From the NCBI GenBank assembly GCA_965218295.1, contig CBDCKN010000009.1:320001-384000 (forward strand): a DNA stretch of 64,000 bases, written 5' to 3'. The stretch comes from Longimicrobiales bacterium (GTDB taxonomy: Bacteria > Gemmatimonadota > Gemmatimonadetes > Longimicrobiales > Gaopeijiaceae). The notes under the pieces are model-generated. The model had not been told where the DNA came from. It did not search any database and saw only the letters and a program-made list of their open reading frames with translations. A program made the translations under genes and the position numbers. Position 1 is the first letter of the stretch, and every line of letters starts with the position of its first letter. Shown piece by piece: positions 11,401 to 22,254 of this stretch.

Positions 11401-12005
11401 TCACGGTGGACGGCTCGGTCATCGGTGAGATGGTCCGAACGCTGGCCCGCGACCCCGACGGCACGCCGGAGCGGTTCTCCCTCCGGTCGTCGACCACCGT
11501 GGGCCCGCAGGTCCTGGTTCAGGAGGTGACGTTCGATGGACAGGAGTTCCGTCCCCTCAGCGGAAGCTTCGAGCTGACGCAGGGGCGGCAGCGGGCCGGT
11601 GCCCGCCTCGACATCGTGGACGGACGGGTTGTGGGAGACCGAATCCTTCCCGACGGTCGCACGGAGCCCTTCGAGGCGCCCCTGGCCCCCGGCTCCCTGG
11701 TGGGGGAGATGCTTGAGGTGGCGGTCTGGCTGGCCGACCTGCAGGAGGGCCTGGAGCTCGTTCTGCCGGTCGTACAGGTGGAGTCGGGCGCCGCCGCCCA
11801 TGTGCGAGTGCGCGTGCTGGATCGGACCCGGGTGACGGTCCCTGCGAGCCGCTACGATGCGTATCGCATCGAGATCCAGGGAGCGCAGGCCACGCAGCTC
11901 GTTTACGCCCGGGTGAGAGCTCCTCACGTCATTGTCAAGCTTGAGACGTCCGGGCAGCCTTTCATCATGGAGCTCGAGTCGGAAGTGGTGGGCAGGGGTG
12001 GCTGA
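8446..12005 (+). pseudogene. M16 (insulinase-type) zinc peptidase with tandem M16 halves and an extra C-terminal domain; frameshift near 8955
   Basis: LDNGLTV...WYHVGG...GLAHLLEH (HxxEH) in ORF 8446-8973. The M16 sequence (YYVPANA, LSNGTGV, HPYG) continues in the 8340-12005 frame. Confidence 0.8.
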
Positions 12006-13007
12006 CCCCGACGTCTCGGTCCTGCTCCCGGTGCGCGACGGAGCAGCCTATCTACCCGAGTGCATCGACTCCCTGCGACCGCAGACTCTCGAGGACTTCG
12101 AGGTCCTGGCCGTGGACGACGGCTCCACGGACGAAAGCGCCGAGGTCCTCTCGCAGTGGGCACGGGAGGATCCTCGCGTCGCCGTGATCCGCCAGCCCCG
12201 CCTGGGGATCGTGGCGGCCCTGGAGGCTGGGCGGAGCCGGGTGAGGGGCCGGTTCCTGGCCCGCATGGACGCCGACGACGTCGCCGAAGCCACCCGCCTG
12301 GAGGAGCAGCGGTCCCTCTTGGAGAGCAACCCGGACCTGACGGGTTGTGGGACGAGGGTCCGCTACTTCCCCAGAACTGCGGTGCGGGAGGGAGGCACGC
12401 GCTACGAGGCGTGGCTCAACGACATCCGCACCTCCGACGACGTGGAGCGCAACCTGTTCGCGAGTGTCCCCTGGCCCACCCCACCTTCTTCCTCAGATCG
12501 TCGGCCGTGTCGAAAGTGGGGGGGTACGTCGACCGCGGGTGGCCCGAGGACTACGACCTCCTGCTGAGACTGTGGGAGTCGGGCGCGCGCTTTGGGGTTG
12601 TGGACCGGGTTCTGCTCCACTGGCGAGAGCGGGAGGACCGGGCCTCACGCCAGCATGAAGCGTATGCCCCGGAGGCCTTCCGGCGGTGCAAGGTGCACTA
12701 CCTGCTGCGCACGCTGGCCCGGGATCGAGAGGGGCTGGTGGTCTGGGGAGCCGGTCCCCTGGGGAAGGCGTTCGCGCAGGAGGTCCAGAGACAGGGCGGC
12801 AGAATACGGGCCTTCGTCGATCTCGATGACCGCAAGATCGGACAGAGCATCCACGAGGCAACAGTCATCCCCCCTTCGCGGATCAATGAACACAGGGATG
12901 GCTACTGTGTGGCCGCCGTGGGGCAGGTTGGAGCCAGGGACGAGATTCGGGAGGCGCTGAAGCGGGCGGGTTGGCGGGAGGTCGTGGATTTCATCGCCGT
13001 GGCTTGA
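11998..13007 (+). pseudogene. family 2 glycosyltransferase; 1-nt frameshift near 12461
   Basis: VSVLLPVRD, VDDGSTD and ARMDADD in one frame. ECPLAHPT, PEDYDLLLR and WGAG continue in another frame. Confidence 0.85.
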
Positions 13008-13133
13008 GCGCGGCCACGGGTGCACTAAACGATAAGGATCCGATTCGACGTCTCAGGGGTTAGTAGTTCGTGTCGAACCGTGTCTCCTGGAGATCGGCAC
13101 CACCGATTCGGTAACACCGATAGTGTGAGAAGC

Positions 13134-15102
13134 ATGGGTGATCAGCCCTCAAAGCTAGAGTGCTTCCTGGCGGAGCTGGGACGCCGGCATGTGGTCAAGG
13201 TAGCCGTCGCTTACGCGGCCGTGGCCTTCGTCGTTCTCCAGCTCGGCGAGATCATCCTCCCGGCCTTCTCTGCGGAGTGGGCCCTCCAGTACCTCGTGGT
13301 CTTTGCGGTGCTGGGCTTCCCGCTGGTCATGGTCCTGGCGTGGGTCTTCGACATCACGCCGGAGGGCATCCGGAAGACCGACGCCATCGACGCCCTCAAG
13401 GACTACGCCCCCGGCATGTCCAGCACCGGAGTCCTGCCCCGTCTGGCTCTCCTGGCGATCACACTGCTCGCGGTGGGGGGGTTGGGTTGGTGGTGGGTCG
13501 AGAGCGCCGTCGAGCCACCGGCTGCCGTGGCGACGGTGGACGGCGGGCCAACGGTCGTTCCCGTGGCGTACGACCCCAACGATCCCATCCGCTCGCTGGC
13601 GGTGCTCCCTCTGGACAACTTCTCCGACACCGGTGAGCAGGACTACTTCGCCGCAGGGATGCACGGCGCTCATCGCTCGGTTGAGCCGGCTGCCGGCGAT
13701 CAGGGTCGTGTCGAGGACGTCGGTGGCGCGTTACTCAACCACGGCCAAGACGATACCGGAGATCGCCCAGGAGCTGGGCGTGGAAGGCATCTTGGAGGGC
13801 TCCGTGACGCGCGTCGGCGACGAGGTTCGGATCACGGTGCAGCTGATCCACGGCCCTAGTGACACCCACGTCTGGACCCAGAGCTACACCCGCGATTTCG
13901 CGGACGTCCTCACCCTCCAGGGCGAGGTGGCCGAGGCCATCGCATGGGAGATCCAGGGGGAACTGACACCCGAGGAGAGAGCGACACTGTCCTCGGCCGC
14001 TCCCGTCAGTGAGATCCCAGAGGCCAACGACGAGTTCATGAAGGCCCGCTACGCCCAGTCGAGCCAGACTCTGGAGGGGCTCCAGGCCGCCATGGGCCAC
14101 TACTGCGAGGCTCTGGAGGCCGACCCGACCTTCGCACCGGCGTATGCCGGTCTGGCCGGGACGGAGCTCATGATGGAGATGGCCGACCCCACCGACCCCG
14201 CCGCCTCGCTGGAGCGGGCATGGCTCATCGCCTTGAAGGCGCTAGAAGTGGATCCCGACTTGGCGGAGGCCCACGATATCCTGACGCTCATTGACGAGCG
14301 CCTGGGTGAGGAGATGGGAGATCCCGCCACCCGGCCGGCTCTGCCTGGGCCGGGGAGCGAGGTCCGCATCGTGCGTCGGCGAGGCGAGGGTGCCGTGGAG
14401 AGTGACGATTTCCTCATGGTCATCAAGCTCGACTCGGTGGTCACCGCGAACGTCGGCGAGTTCAGGATGGACTCCACGTGCATCCTCGAGAGCATGACTG
14501 AGGTAGGCCAGCAGCTCCAGGCGGCGTGGGCGGGATGGGCCGTCCAGAGGGCGGGGGCGATGGCGAAACAGCCGACCCGCATGATCCATGCGGCACAACG
14601 GCTGAAGGCCGCGGGACGGACGGAAGAGGCCATCGCACTCCTGCAGGAGGTCTGCGAGCTGGATCCCGAGCACCAGGAGACCTGGGAGGCGCTGGAGCTC
14701 ATCTACGCGTCCCAGGGCGATTACGAGGATCTCCTGGACATGCGACAGGTCTGGGTGGAGCATACCGGAGGAGACGCGGAGTCGGTGGCCCGGCTCGAAG
14801 AGCGGATGCTCGAGGACGGACCCGCGGGGTACTGGGAGTGGCGCCTCGAGGAGCTCCAGGGGCGCACGGCCGAAGGGCAGCCGATCTCGCCGGTCTACAT
14901 GGCGGCGGCCTACGCGGGCACGGGGGCCGATGACGAGGCCCTGGATCTTCTGGAGGACGCCTTTCGCAGGCGGGACCGTCGTCTGACGTCCCTCCGCACC
15001 GATGCGGTGTGGGATCCCCTGCGCTCCGATCCGCGCTTCGTCTCCCTCGTGAATCGCATGCGCGGGCCGGTCTCCCGCCCGACCCGGCGCCCCGGCCTCT
15101 AG
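13134..15102 (+). pseudogene. membrane-anchored TolB-like/TPR protein (COG5616-like); 1-nt frameshift near 13664
   Basis: ELGRRHVVKVAVAY N-terminus, SLAVLPLDN...DYFAAGMH|(E)ALIARLS...VVSRTS...LEGSV, TPR-like helices and C-terminal WDPLRSDPRF. Confidence 0.82.
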
Positions 15103-15213
15103 AGTCCCTCCAGCGCCCCTCCGCAGGTCGGTTTCTCGAGTTGTTGAAGAGCCTCTTTTTCGTTAGTTTTCAATGACTTAGCCCACATTACCGCGTCCCT
15201 TCGCGGAGCCTCT

Positions 15214-15501
15214 TTGAGACGCATCCTCGAAGTCGTTTCTGCAGGCCTTTTCTTGGCCGGTCTAGAGCTGGCCGTCGGAACTCTCAGCCTCACCATCACC
15301 CGCCTGAGGGAGACCTTCATCCTCGCTCGCTACGGCCAGGGGGGAATACAGGAACACGACGGGTGCCCGAAGTGTGGTTCCCGAACCAGGAGAGTGCCGC
15401 GCGAGATGCGACACCGGATCCTCGGCCGGCTGGTGGGCAAGTCGCTCTCGGCCAGGCATTGCGGGCACTGTGGCTGGAGAGGTCTCAGCTATTTGCACTG
15501 A
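15214..15501 (+). CDS. small hypothetical protein with an N-terminal hydrophobic segment and a CxxC...CxxC zinc ribbon
   Basis: CPKC and CGHC motifs. Lies 46 bp upstream of gyrA, after an AT-rich spacer. Confidence 0.55.
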   Translation: MRRILEVVSAGLFLAGLELAVGTLSLTITRLRETFILARYGQGGIQEHDGCPKCGSRTRRVPREMRHRILGRLVGKSLSARHCGHCGWRGLSYLH

Positions 15502-15547
15502 CGACGTGACCAGGACGCGTCGACCCTATTTCACGAAGGCGAACTGA

Positions 15548-18043
15548 ATGGCGAACGACGAGCTCCGCCCGGGTGGAGAGAAGGTTCTAGAACGTATCCT
15601 CGAAGACGAGATGCGTGAGTCGTTCATCGACTACTCGATGAGCGTCATCGTCCAGAGGGCTCTTCCCGACATACGGGACGGATTGAAGCCGGTACACCGG
15701 CGCATCCTCTACGCCATGAGCGAGTTGGGACTCAGTCCGGGACGGGCGTACAAGAAGTCCGCCACGGTCGTCGGCGAGGTCCTGGGCAAGTACCACCCGC
15801 ACGGCGACTCGGCCGTCTACGACTCCATGGTCCGGATGGTCCAGGACTTCTCGCTGCGCTATCCCCTCGTGGACGGTCAGGGGAACTTCGGCTCCATCGA
15901 CGGAGACTCGGCGGCGGCCTACCGGTACACAGAGGCCCGCCTCATGGCCCTGGCCACGGAGCTCCTGGAGGACATCGACAAGGAGACGGTGTCGTTCTCG
16001 CCGAACTTCGACGGGCGCCTCGAGGAGCCTACGGTCCTTCCTGCCAAGGTCCCGAACCTCCTCATCAACGGTAGCTCGGGCATCGCCGTCGGGATGGCGA
16101 CGAACATCCCGCCACACAACCTGAGCGAAATCATCGCCGCCACCAGGGCGCTCATCGAAGATCCGCAGCTTCCCCAGGAGGAGCTCGAGAGGCTGGTAAC
16201 CGGCCCGGACTTCCCCACGGGCGCTTACATCTGCGGCCGACAGGGCATTGAAGACGCCTATCGGACTGGTCGCGGGCGTATCGTCATGCGCGCCCGGGCC
16301 TCCATCGAAGAGGTGGACGCGAACTCAGAGCGGATCGTGGTGACCGAGATCCCGTTCATGGTGAACAAGTCGCGGCTCATCGAGCAGATCGCTCAGCTGG
16401 TCCGGGACAAGAAGCTCACCGACATCCGCGACCTGAGGGACGAGTCCGACCGGGACGGCCTCCGGATCGTCATCGAGCTCAAGAGGGACGCCATCCCGCA
16501 GATCGTCCTGAACGGGTTATACAAGCACACCCAGATGCAGTCCACCTTCGGGACCATCCTTCTTGCTCTGGTGAACGGCGTCCCGCGCGTGCTCTCCCTC
16601 AAGGAGATGCTCCTCCACTTCATCGACCACCGCCACAACGTGGTGGTGCGGCGCACGGCCTTCGATCTGGCCCGCACGGAGGAGCGCGAGCACATCCTGG
16701 AGGGTCTCAAGATCGCCGTCGACAACATCGACGAGGTCATCAAGATCATCCGGGGATCCAGAGACGCCGAAACGGCTTCAACCCGTCTCCAGGAAACCTT
16801 CGAGCTCTCGGAGCGCCAGGCCAAGGCCATCCTCGACATGAGGCTCGCCAAGCTGACCGGCCTCGAGTTGGAGAAACTCGAGGCGGAGCTCGCCGACGTC
16901 CGCGCCACCATCGAGGGGCTGCGGACGATCCTCGGCAGCAAGGAACGCCGCATGGCGATCGTCTCCGAAGAGCTGACCGCCATGGACAAGAAGTACGGGG
17001 ACGAGCGCCGCAGCGAGATCGTGGGCGACGCGTCTTCTCTCGAAGTGGAGGATCTCATCGCCGACGAGGAGATGGTCATCACCGTCTCGCGTCAAGGCTA
17101 CGTGAAGCGGGCGGAGATCGATACCTACCGTGCCCAGCGACGTGGGGGCCGAGGGCTACAGGGCATGGGCACGAAGGAAGAGGACTGGGTGGAGCACCTC
17201 TTCGTGGCCTCCGCCCACGAGTACCTCATGATCTTCACCCGCTCGGGGCAGTGCAACTGGCTGAAGGTATGGCAGGTCCCCCCGGCGGGGCGGCATTCCA
17301 GGGGCAAGCCCATCGTCAACCTCCTGAACATCGATCCTGCCGACGAGATCGCGTCCATCGTTCCCGTCCGGGAGTTCTCCGACGACCACTACCTGCTCTT
17401 CTGCACCAAGGAGGGCAAGGTCAAGAAGACGGCTCTTTCGGCGTACGGCAACGTGCGGTTGGTGGGTCTCATCGGCATCAACATCCGGGAAGGCGACGAG
17501 CTCATCGACGTCCAGATCACCGACGGTGACAACGAGGTGATCCTCGCGACACAGAAGGGCATGGCCATCCGGTTCAACGAGCGGGATGCACGGAGCCAGG
17601 GCCGAGTGTCCGAGGGCGTTCGCGGCATCAGGCTCGGTGAGGACGACCACGTGGTCGGCATGGTCGTGGTTCGCAGAGAGGAGGCCACCCTGCTCGTGGT
17701 CTCCGAGGGCGGGATGGGCAAGCGCACAGCCATCGATGCCTACCGGCTACAGGGCCGGGGCGGCAAGGGCGTGATCAACCTCAAGACGACCGAGAAGACG
17801 GGCAAGGTCGTGGCGATCAAGTCCGTGGTGCCTCACGATCAGCTCATGGTCATCACGCGGAACGGCGTCATCAATCGCCAGCGCATCGACGAGATCCGGG
17901 TGATCGGCCGGGCGACGCAGGGAGTCCGTCTCGTGAACCTGGACGAGGGCGACGTGGTCATGGATGTGGCCCGCGTCATCCCGGAGAACGGGAACGGCGA
18001 TTCGGAGGACGGCGGAGGCGAGACGGATTCCGAAGGTGAGTGA
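15548..18043 (+). CDS. gyrA: DNA gyrase subunit A
   Basis: [22 protein letters not shown], catalytic RYTE and GyrA box QRRGGRG. Confidence 0.98.
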   Translation: MANDELRPGGEKVLERILEDEMRESFIDYSMSVIVQRALPDIRDGLKPVHRRILYAMSELGLSPGRAYKKSATVVGEVLGKYHPHGDSAVYDSMVRMVQDFSLRYPLVDGQGNFGSIDGDSAAAYRYTEARLMALATELLEDIDKETVSFSPNFDGRLEEPTVLPAKVPNLLINGSSGIAVGMATNIPPHNLSEIIAATRALIEDPQLPQEELERLVTGPDFPTGAYICGRQGIEDAYRTGRGRIVMRARASIEEVDANSERIVVTEIPFMVNKSRLIEQIAQLVRDKKLTDIRDLRDESDRDGLRIVIELKRDAIPQIVLNGLYKHTQMQSTFGTILLALVNGVPRVLSLKEMLLHFIDHRHNVVVRRTAFDLARTEEREHILEGLKIAVDNIDEVIKIIRGSRDAETASTRLQETFELSERQAKAILDMRLAKLTGLELEKLEAELADVRATIEGLRTILGSKERRMAIVSEELTAMDKKYGDERRSEIVGDASSLEVEDLIADEEMVITVSRQGYVKRAEIDTYRAQRRGGRGLQGMGTKEEDWVEHLFVASAHEYLMIFTRSGQCNWLKVWQVPPAGRHSRGKPIVNLLNIDPADEIASIVPVREFSDDHYLLFCTKEGKVKKTALSAYGNVRLVGLIGINIREGDELIDVQITDGDNEVILATQKGMAIRFNERDARSQGRVSEGVRGIRLGEDDHVVGMVVVRREEATLLVVSEGGMGKRTAIDAYRLQGRGGKGVINLKTTEKTGKVVAIKSVVPHDQLMVITRNGVINRQRIDEIRVIGRATQGVRLVNLDEGDVVMDVARVIPENGNGDSEDGGGETDSEGE

Positions 18044-18066
18044 AGTCCTCGTCTAGAGGCCTCTAC

Positions 18067-18096
18067 GGCTCGCGAACTTCGGCGACGGAACACCAG
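18067..18096. repeat. right-end fragment of the MITE-like repeat (copy 2 subtype)
   Basis: GGCTCGCGAACTTCGGCGACGGAACACCAG versus GGCTCGCGAACTTCGGAGACGGAACACTAG at the end of copy 2. Confidence 0.8.
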
Positions 18097-18782
18097 TGAT
18101 GCGACGCCTGATCCTCTTCGACATCGATGGAACCCTAGCGGAGGGCGGCCCCGCCAAGGGAGCCTTTCACGCGGCCATGATGGCCACCTTCGGCACCGCA
18201 GGCGCCATCGAGTCATACAGCTTTTCCGGAAAGACCGATCCCCAGATCGCTCGGGAGCTGCTGGTTGCCAGCGGCTTCGATGACAACGAGATCGACGCCG
18301 GATTCCCGGGCCTCTGGAAGGGGTATGCGGAGGAGCTGGAGCGCCGCATCGTCGCCAATCCCATGCGGCTTCTGCCGGGCGTCAAGAAACTCATCGAGGC
18401 CCTGGATGCGGAGGTCGAAGTGGCCTTGGGGCTGGTGACGGGCAACATCGCCCGCGGAGCTCGACTGAAGCTCGGGTCCGTGGGCTTGGACGGACGGTTC
18501 CACGTGGGCGGCTACGGATCGGATCACGAAGAGAGGGAGTACCTTCCCGGCATCGCGTTGAGCAGAGCGGCGGAGACGTGGGGGGTCAGGTTCGAGGCCG
18601 ACTGCGTGTTCGTGGTCGGCGACACGCCGCGCGACGTTCAATGCGGCAAGCATCACGGGACCAGGACCGTGGCCGTCGCCACGGGGCACTTCGACGAGCA
18701 GCAGCTGGAGGCGGCGGGCGCGGACGTGGTCTTCGAGGATTTCTCAGAGGTACCGTCGGTGTTGGAGATCCTTCTGGCCTGA
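18096..18782 (+). CDS. HAD-superfamily hydrolase (phosphoglycolate phosphatase-like)
   Basis: LFDIDGTL, LVTGN and VVGDTPRD motifs. Confidence 0.9.
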   Translation: MMRRLILFDIDGTLAEGGPAKGAFHAAMMATFGTAGAIESYSFSGKTDPQIARELLVASGFDDNEIDAGFPGLWKGYAEELERRIVANPMRLLPGVKKLIEALDAEVEVALGLVTGNIARGARLKLGSVGLDGRFHVGGYGSDHEEREYLPGIALSRAAETWGVRFEADCVFVVGDTPRDVQCGKHHGTRTVAVATGHFDEQQLEAAGADVVFEDFSEVPSVLEILLA

Positions 18783-18892
18783 CTGTTGGCGGGCTTTCCA
18801 TTTGCCGGGGCTCCGGAGGGGGAACATCTTGTTTCGGCCTGCGTAGCGGGTTTGACGACGAGGGCCGTGCACCCGAGAAGTGGAGTTAGCTC

Positions 18893-19633
18893 GTGTCTGA
18901 ACAAAAGAGTGGGGACCTCAGGGGGTTCTACATGGTTCTTGCCACGGTCGGCATCGTCGCGGTCGGCGCTATTGGGTGGACGGTCCTACAGGGCGCTCTG
19001 AGCTCGGCCGCGACCGAGCCGATTCTCGAGATCGTGACCGGTGAGCTCACCGACGTGGCCGCGCTGGTCGACATGGCCACCGGCATCGAGCGGGGCGATC
19101 CCAACGCACCCATCACGATCATGGAGTTCGTGGACTACCAGTGCCCGGCGTGCCAGGAGTTCGCCACGCTCGTGAAGCCCCAGATGGACCTGGCGTACAT
19201 CGAGACCGGCGTGGCCCGCTTCGTCTTGCACGACTTCCCCTTGGCGATGCACCCGTATTCCTTCGTGGCGGCGAGGGCCGCCCGCTGCGCGCTCGACCAG
19301 GGCGAGGAGTTCTACTGGCCGTTCCACGACCAGCTCTTCGCGCACCAGTCCACCTGGTCCGTGAGCCAGTCTCCCCCCTTGAACGCCTACGAGACGTACG
19401 CCGTCACCATCGGGTTGGACGCCGAAGACTTCAGGGCCTGCCTCGACAGCGACCGACACGCCGACGTGGTGAGCGCGAACATGAGACTCGGGATGGAGCT
19501 GGGCGTTACGGGCACACCGACGATCTACGTGAGCAAGGGCGGCGGCATGGCGACGCGGATCAACCGCTGGGGTGAGTTCGCCGGCGTTCAAGAGGCCATC
19601 GAGCGTTTGATGAGCGAAAGCGAGGGGAATTGA
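18893..19633 (+). CDS. DsbA/BdbD-type thioredoxin-fold protein
   Basis: N-terminal TM helix, GDPNAPITIMEFVDYQCPAC (CxxC) and GVTGTPT. Confidence 0.9.
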   Translation: MSEQKSGDLRGFYMVLATVGIVAVGAIGWTVLQGALSSAATEPILEIVTGELTDVAALVDMATGIERGDPNAPITIMEFVDYQCPACQEFATLVKPQMDLAYIETGVARFVLHDFPLAMHPYSFVAARAARCALDQGEEFYWPFHDQLFAHQSTWSVSQSPPLNAYETYAVTIGLDAEDFRACLDSDRHADVVSANMRLGMELGVTGTPTIYVSKGGGMATRINRWGEFAGVQEAIERLMSESEGN

Positions 19634-19836
19634 GCGCCGACGTCGCCAGGGTAAGACTTCTTTTCGTGGACGGCGGCTCCTACCACCACGAGGAGATCGA
19701 GATTCCCACCGCCACGCTCGGGCGCTACGAGCGCCTGATCGACTGCCTTCAGGAGGAGCCCGACGTTCTCAAGCAGGTCTATGTAGACGTGTCGCGCCTG
19801 TGCTCGGCACAACTGGTGGAGAGGGAAGGGGCGTAG
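19630..19836 (+). CDS. hypothetical protein (68 aa)
   Basis: Overlaps the dsbA stop by 4 bp; coding-like codon usage. Confidence 0.6.
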   Translation: MSADVARVRLLFVDGGSYHHEEIEIPTATLGRYERLIDCLQEEPDVLKQVYVDVSRLCSAQLVEREGA

Positions 19837-19860
19837 TCACCCCATTACTCCGACCGGCTC

Positions 19861-20394
19861 TTAGGCGAGCCGCTCCCGGGCCCGGGCGAGGGTCCACTCA
19901 TGCACGACAGGCGGAGGCCAGAGCCCGGCTTCCGCCTGTTGCTTCAGGGCCAGGGCCTCGGCCCGCGCTCGCCGGGCGACTTCCTCCGTCACCCATCCCC
20001 GCGCCTCCGCTTCCTCGAGCTCTTTCTCGTCCAGGATCTGAACCCGGCCCGTCGGGTCCCTCCAGACGTCGAGGAAGAGGTCCGTCGTGCGCCACGTGCC
20101 GCCCTCCTCGAACGCGCACGGTGTTAGGATGTTGGCGTACGTCCCCGTGAAGGTCCCGTCGGCTCGGTGGAACAGCCCGACGTCGTGCCAGGCGCCAGGA
20201 AAGGTGAACCAGACCACCTCGGAGCCGGTCTCCAAGACGACATCGCCGTCGATTCGGATGGGCGGCTCGAAGCTCAGGTCGGTGGAGAAGGTGATCTTCA
20301 CCTCGGTGTCTTCCCAGATCAGGTGCTGAGTGAAGATCTGCTCTCGGTCGGGAGGCCTGAGGTAGTGGATGTCGATCAGCAGCGGATTGCCCAT
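19861..20394 (-). CDS. DUF402 family protein (Ntdp/FomD-like)
   Basis: GTYANILTP...TTDLFLDVW...ILDEKELEEA motif. Confidence 0.8.
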   Translation of the reverse strand: MGNPLLIDIHYLRPPDREQIFTQHLIWEDTEVKITFSTDLSFEPPIRIDGDVVLETGSEVVWFTFPGAWHDVGLFHRADGTFTGTYANILTPCAFEEGGTWRTTDLFLDVWRDPTGRVQILDEKELEEAEARGWVTEEVARRARAEALALKQQAEAGLWPPPVVHEWTLARARERLA

Positions 20395-20398
20395 GCGC

Positions 20399-20728
20399 TC
20401 AGAGGCCGACCGCTTCGACGAAGATCTCCATGATGCCTCCGCAGACCGCGGGGCTCAGGGACAGCAGGTCTTCGGTGAGGTCGACACGGACGATGCGGGG
20501 CTCGCCGGTGCGCAGAACGTCCAGGGCGGCCTCAATGACCTCGGCCTCACCGCATCCGCCGCCCACCGTTCCCACCAGCCCGCGTTCGGGGTCCACCAGC
20601 ATCTTGGCCCCGACCTTGCGGGGCGCCGACCCTTTGGTGGCCACGATGGTGGCAAGGGCGCAGGGGCGGCCCTCACGCACCTTGTCCATCATGGTCCGGT
20701 AGAGGTTGTAATCGTCTTGTCGATTCAT
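20399..20728 (-). CDS. XdhC/CoxI N-terminal domain protein
   Basis: ALATIVATKGSAPRKVGAKM...GTVGGGCGE...CGGIMEIFVE. Confidence 0.88.
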   Translation of the reverse strand: MNRQDDYNLYRTMMDKVREGRPCALATIVATKGSAPRKVGAKMLVDPERGLVGTVGGGCGEAEVIEAALDVLRTGEPRIVRVDLTEDLLSLSPAVCGGIMEIFVEAVGL

Positions 20729-20752
20729 CGAAAGACAGTCGGGCTCCCTAAA

Positions 20753-20786
20753 CGGTGGCTCGCGAACTTCTGTAACACCACACTAG
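20753..20786. repeat. right-end fragment of the MITE-like repeat
   Basis: CGGTGGCTCGCGAACTTCTGTAACACCACACTAG. The CTA is the minus-strand TAG stop of the XdhC-C gene. Confidence 0.85.
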
Positions 20787-21622
20787 AAGAATCGGTCAAG
20801 GACCCGTTCTTTGTCCGCGAGTGGGGAGCCGCCGCCGCCCCTCCAGAGGAGCACGATCTCGGCCGCCACGCTCACCGCGATCTCGGCGGGCGTCTCGGCC
20901 CCGATGTCGAGCCCCAGCGGGGCCCGGACTCGTTCGAGGCGAGCCCTGGGGAGGCCCTCGTTCACGAGTTGGGCGAAGGCCGCTCGAACGCGCCGTCGGC
21001 TCCCGATCATGCCGATGTACGGCGGCTCCACCTCCATCCTCAGGAGGTGCCGGAGGCACTCGTAGTCGTACTTGTGTCCCCGGGTCACCAGCACCACGTG
21101 GCTCGTCGAGTGGATGAGGACGTCGGCGAAGGGATCGGCGAAGTCCACCCGCACGACCCGGTTCGCCTCGGGGAAGCGCTCCCGGGTGGCGAAGTCGGGA
21201 CGGTCGTCGATGACGATGACCCGAAAGCCCATGAGCGCACCCACGGCGCAGAGCGGCTGCGCGATGTGACCGGCGCCCACGATCACCAGGTCCGGGTGTG
21301 GGTGATGGCCCTCGATGTACACGCTGACCTTCTCGCCGCCGGTGGATGCCAGCTCGTGAATCCCGTCCACGTTGGAAGCGGGGTCCGCCAGGGCGCTCTC
21401 GGCCAGGGCGAGCGCCGCCTCGTCCAGGGCAGCGTCACCGAAGGATCCGATCCGCCGAAGCGTTCCGCTGTCGGACTGTCGGATCACGACCCGCCGGCCC
21501 ACCAGCTCCCTTGGACCGTCCACGGGTACGATGATTGCCGCGGCCTCGCGGGCCTCCTGGGCATCGAGAATCTCTTCGGCGGCCCTGAAGGACGGGAGTG
21601 GGCTCTGGTCGGGAGCTGTCAT
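20783..21622 (-). CDS. XdhC/CoxF C-terminal Rossmann domain protein
   Basis: LVIVGAGHIA, IDDR, VTRGHKYD, YIGMIGSRRR and APLGLDIGAETPAEIAVS. Confidence 0.9.
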   Translation of the reverse strand: MTAPDQSPLPSFRAAEEILDAQEAREAAAIIVPVDGPRELVGRRVVIRQSDSGTLRRIGSFGDAALDEAALALAESALADPASNVDGIHELASTGGEKVSVYIEGHHPHPDLVIVGAGHIAQPLCAVGALMGFRVIVIDDRPDFATRERFPEANRVVRVDFADPFADVLIHSTSHVVLVTRGHKYDYECLRHLLRMEVEPPYIGMIGSRRRVRAAFAQLVNEGLPRARLERVRAPLGLDIGAETPAEIAVSVAAEIVLLWRGGGGSPLADKERVLDRFF

Positions 21623-22254
21623 CGCGCCTGAAAGCGTTGGCGGTACGCGTCGGGAAAGTGTCGACGGTAGTCGGTCAGATCGTCGATGTCGATGACGGTG
21701 CCTTGGTCCTCCACCCGAACCAAAGCCGCCACATCCAGGTGCCGATAGACCACGGTCTTCGCCCCCTGTGGCAAATTGTCATCGAGGAGCTCGTCGAAGA
21801 GGGTCCGTCGGAACACCACTGGATGTCCGCGTTTGCCCTGGAAGGTCGGTAGGGCGAGCGATCTCTCGTTCGAGTGGAATTCCGCGAGCAGCGTACGCAC
21901 GGTGTCGGCCTGGAGCAGTGGATAGTCCACGGGACAGAAGGCGACCCCCTCCACCGAGGGATCCAGACTGCGAAGAGCCGCGCGCAAGGACCCGATGGGG
22001 CCGTCCTCCGGCGAGGGGTTCGTCACGACAACGGCGCCGGCCTCTCCGGCCTTCGCGGCGACCGGACCCTTCGGCGTCGGGAGGGCCACCAGGATCCGCG
22101 CACAGCCCCCGTCGTGGAGGGCGTGAATCACACGCTCGAGAAAGGTGCGGCCGCCGGCGTCCAGCATGGCCTTGGGCGTTCCCATCCGGCTCGAGACACC
22201 GGAGCAGGGAACGACCCCCCAGACGTCAGCCTGCAAAGGACTCGTAGAAGCCAC
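21619..22254 (-). CDS. molybdenum cofactor cytidylyltransferase-like nucleotidyltransferase (MocA family)
   Basis: SGVSSRMGTPK, PVDYP, GKRGHPVVF and DIDD; operonic with the xdhC genes. Confidence 0.82.
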   Translation of the reverse strand: MASTSPLQADVWGVVPCSGVSSRMGTPKAMLDAGGRTFLERVIHALHDGGCARILVALPTPKGPVAAKAGEAGAVVVTNPSPEDGPIGSLRAALRSLDPSVEGVAFCPVDYPLLQADTVRTLLAEFHSNERSLALPTFQGKRGHPVVFRRTLFDELLDDNLPQGAKTVVYRHLDVAALVRVEDQGTVIDIDDLTDYRRHFPDAYRQRFQAR

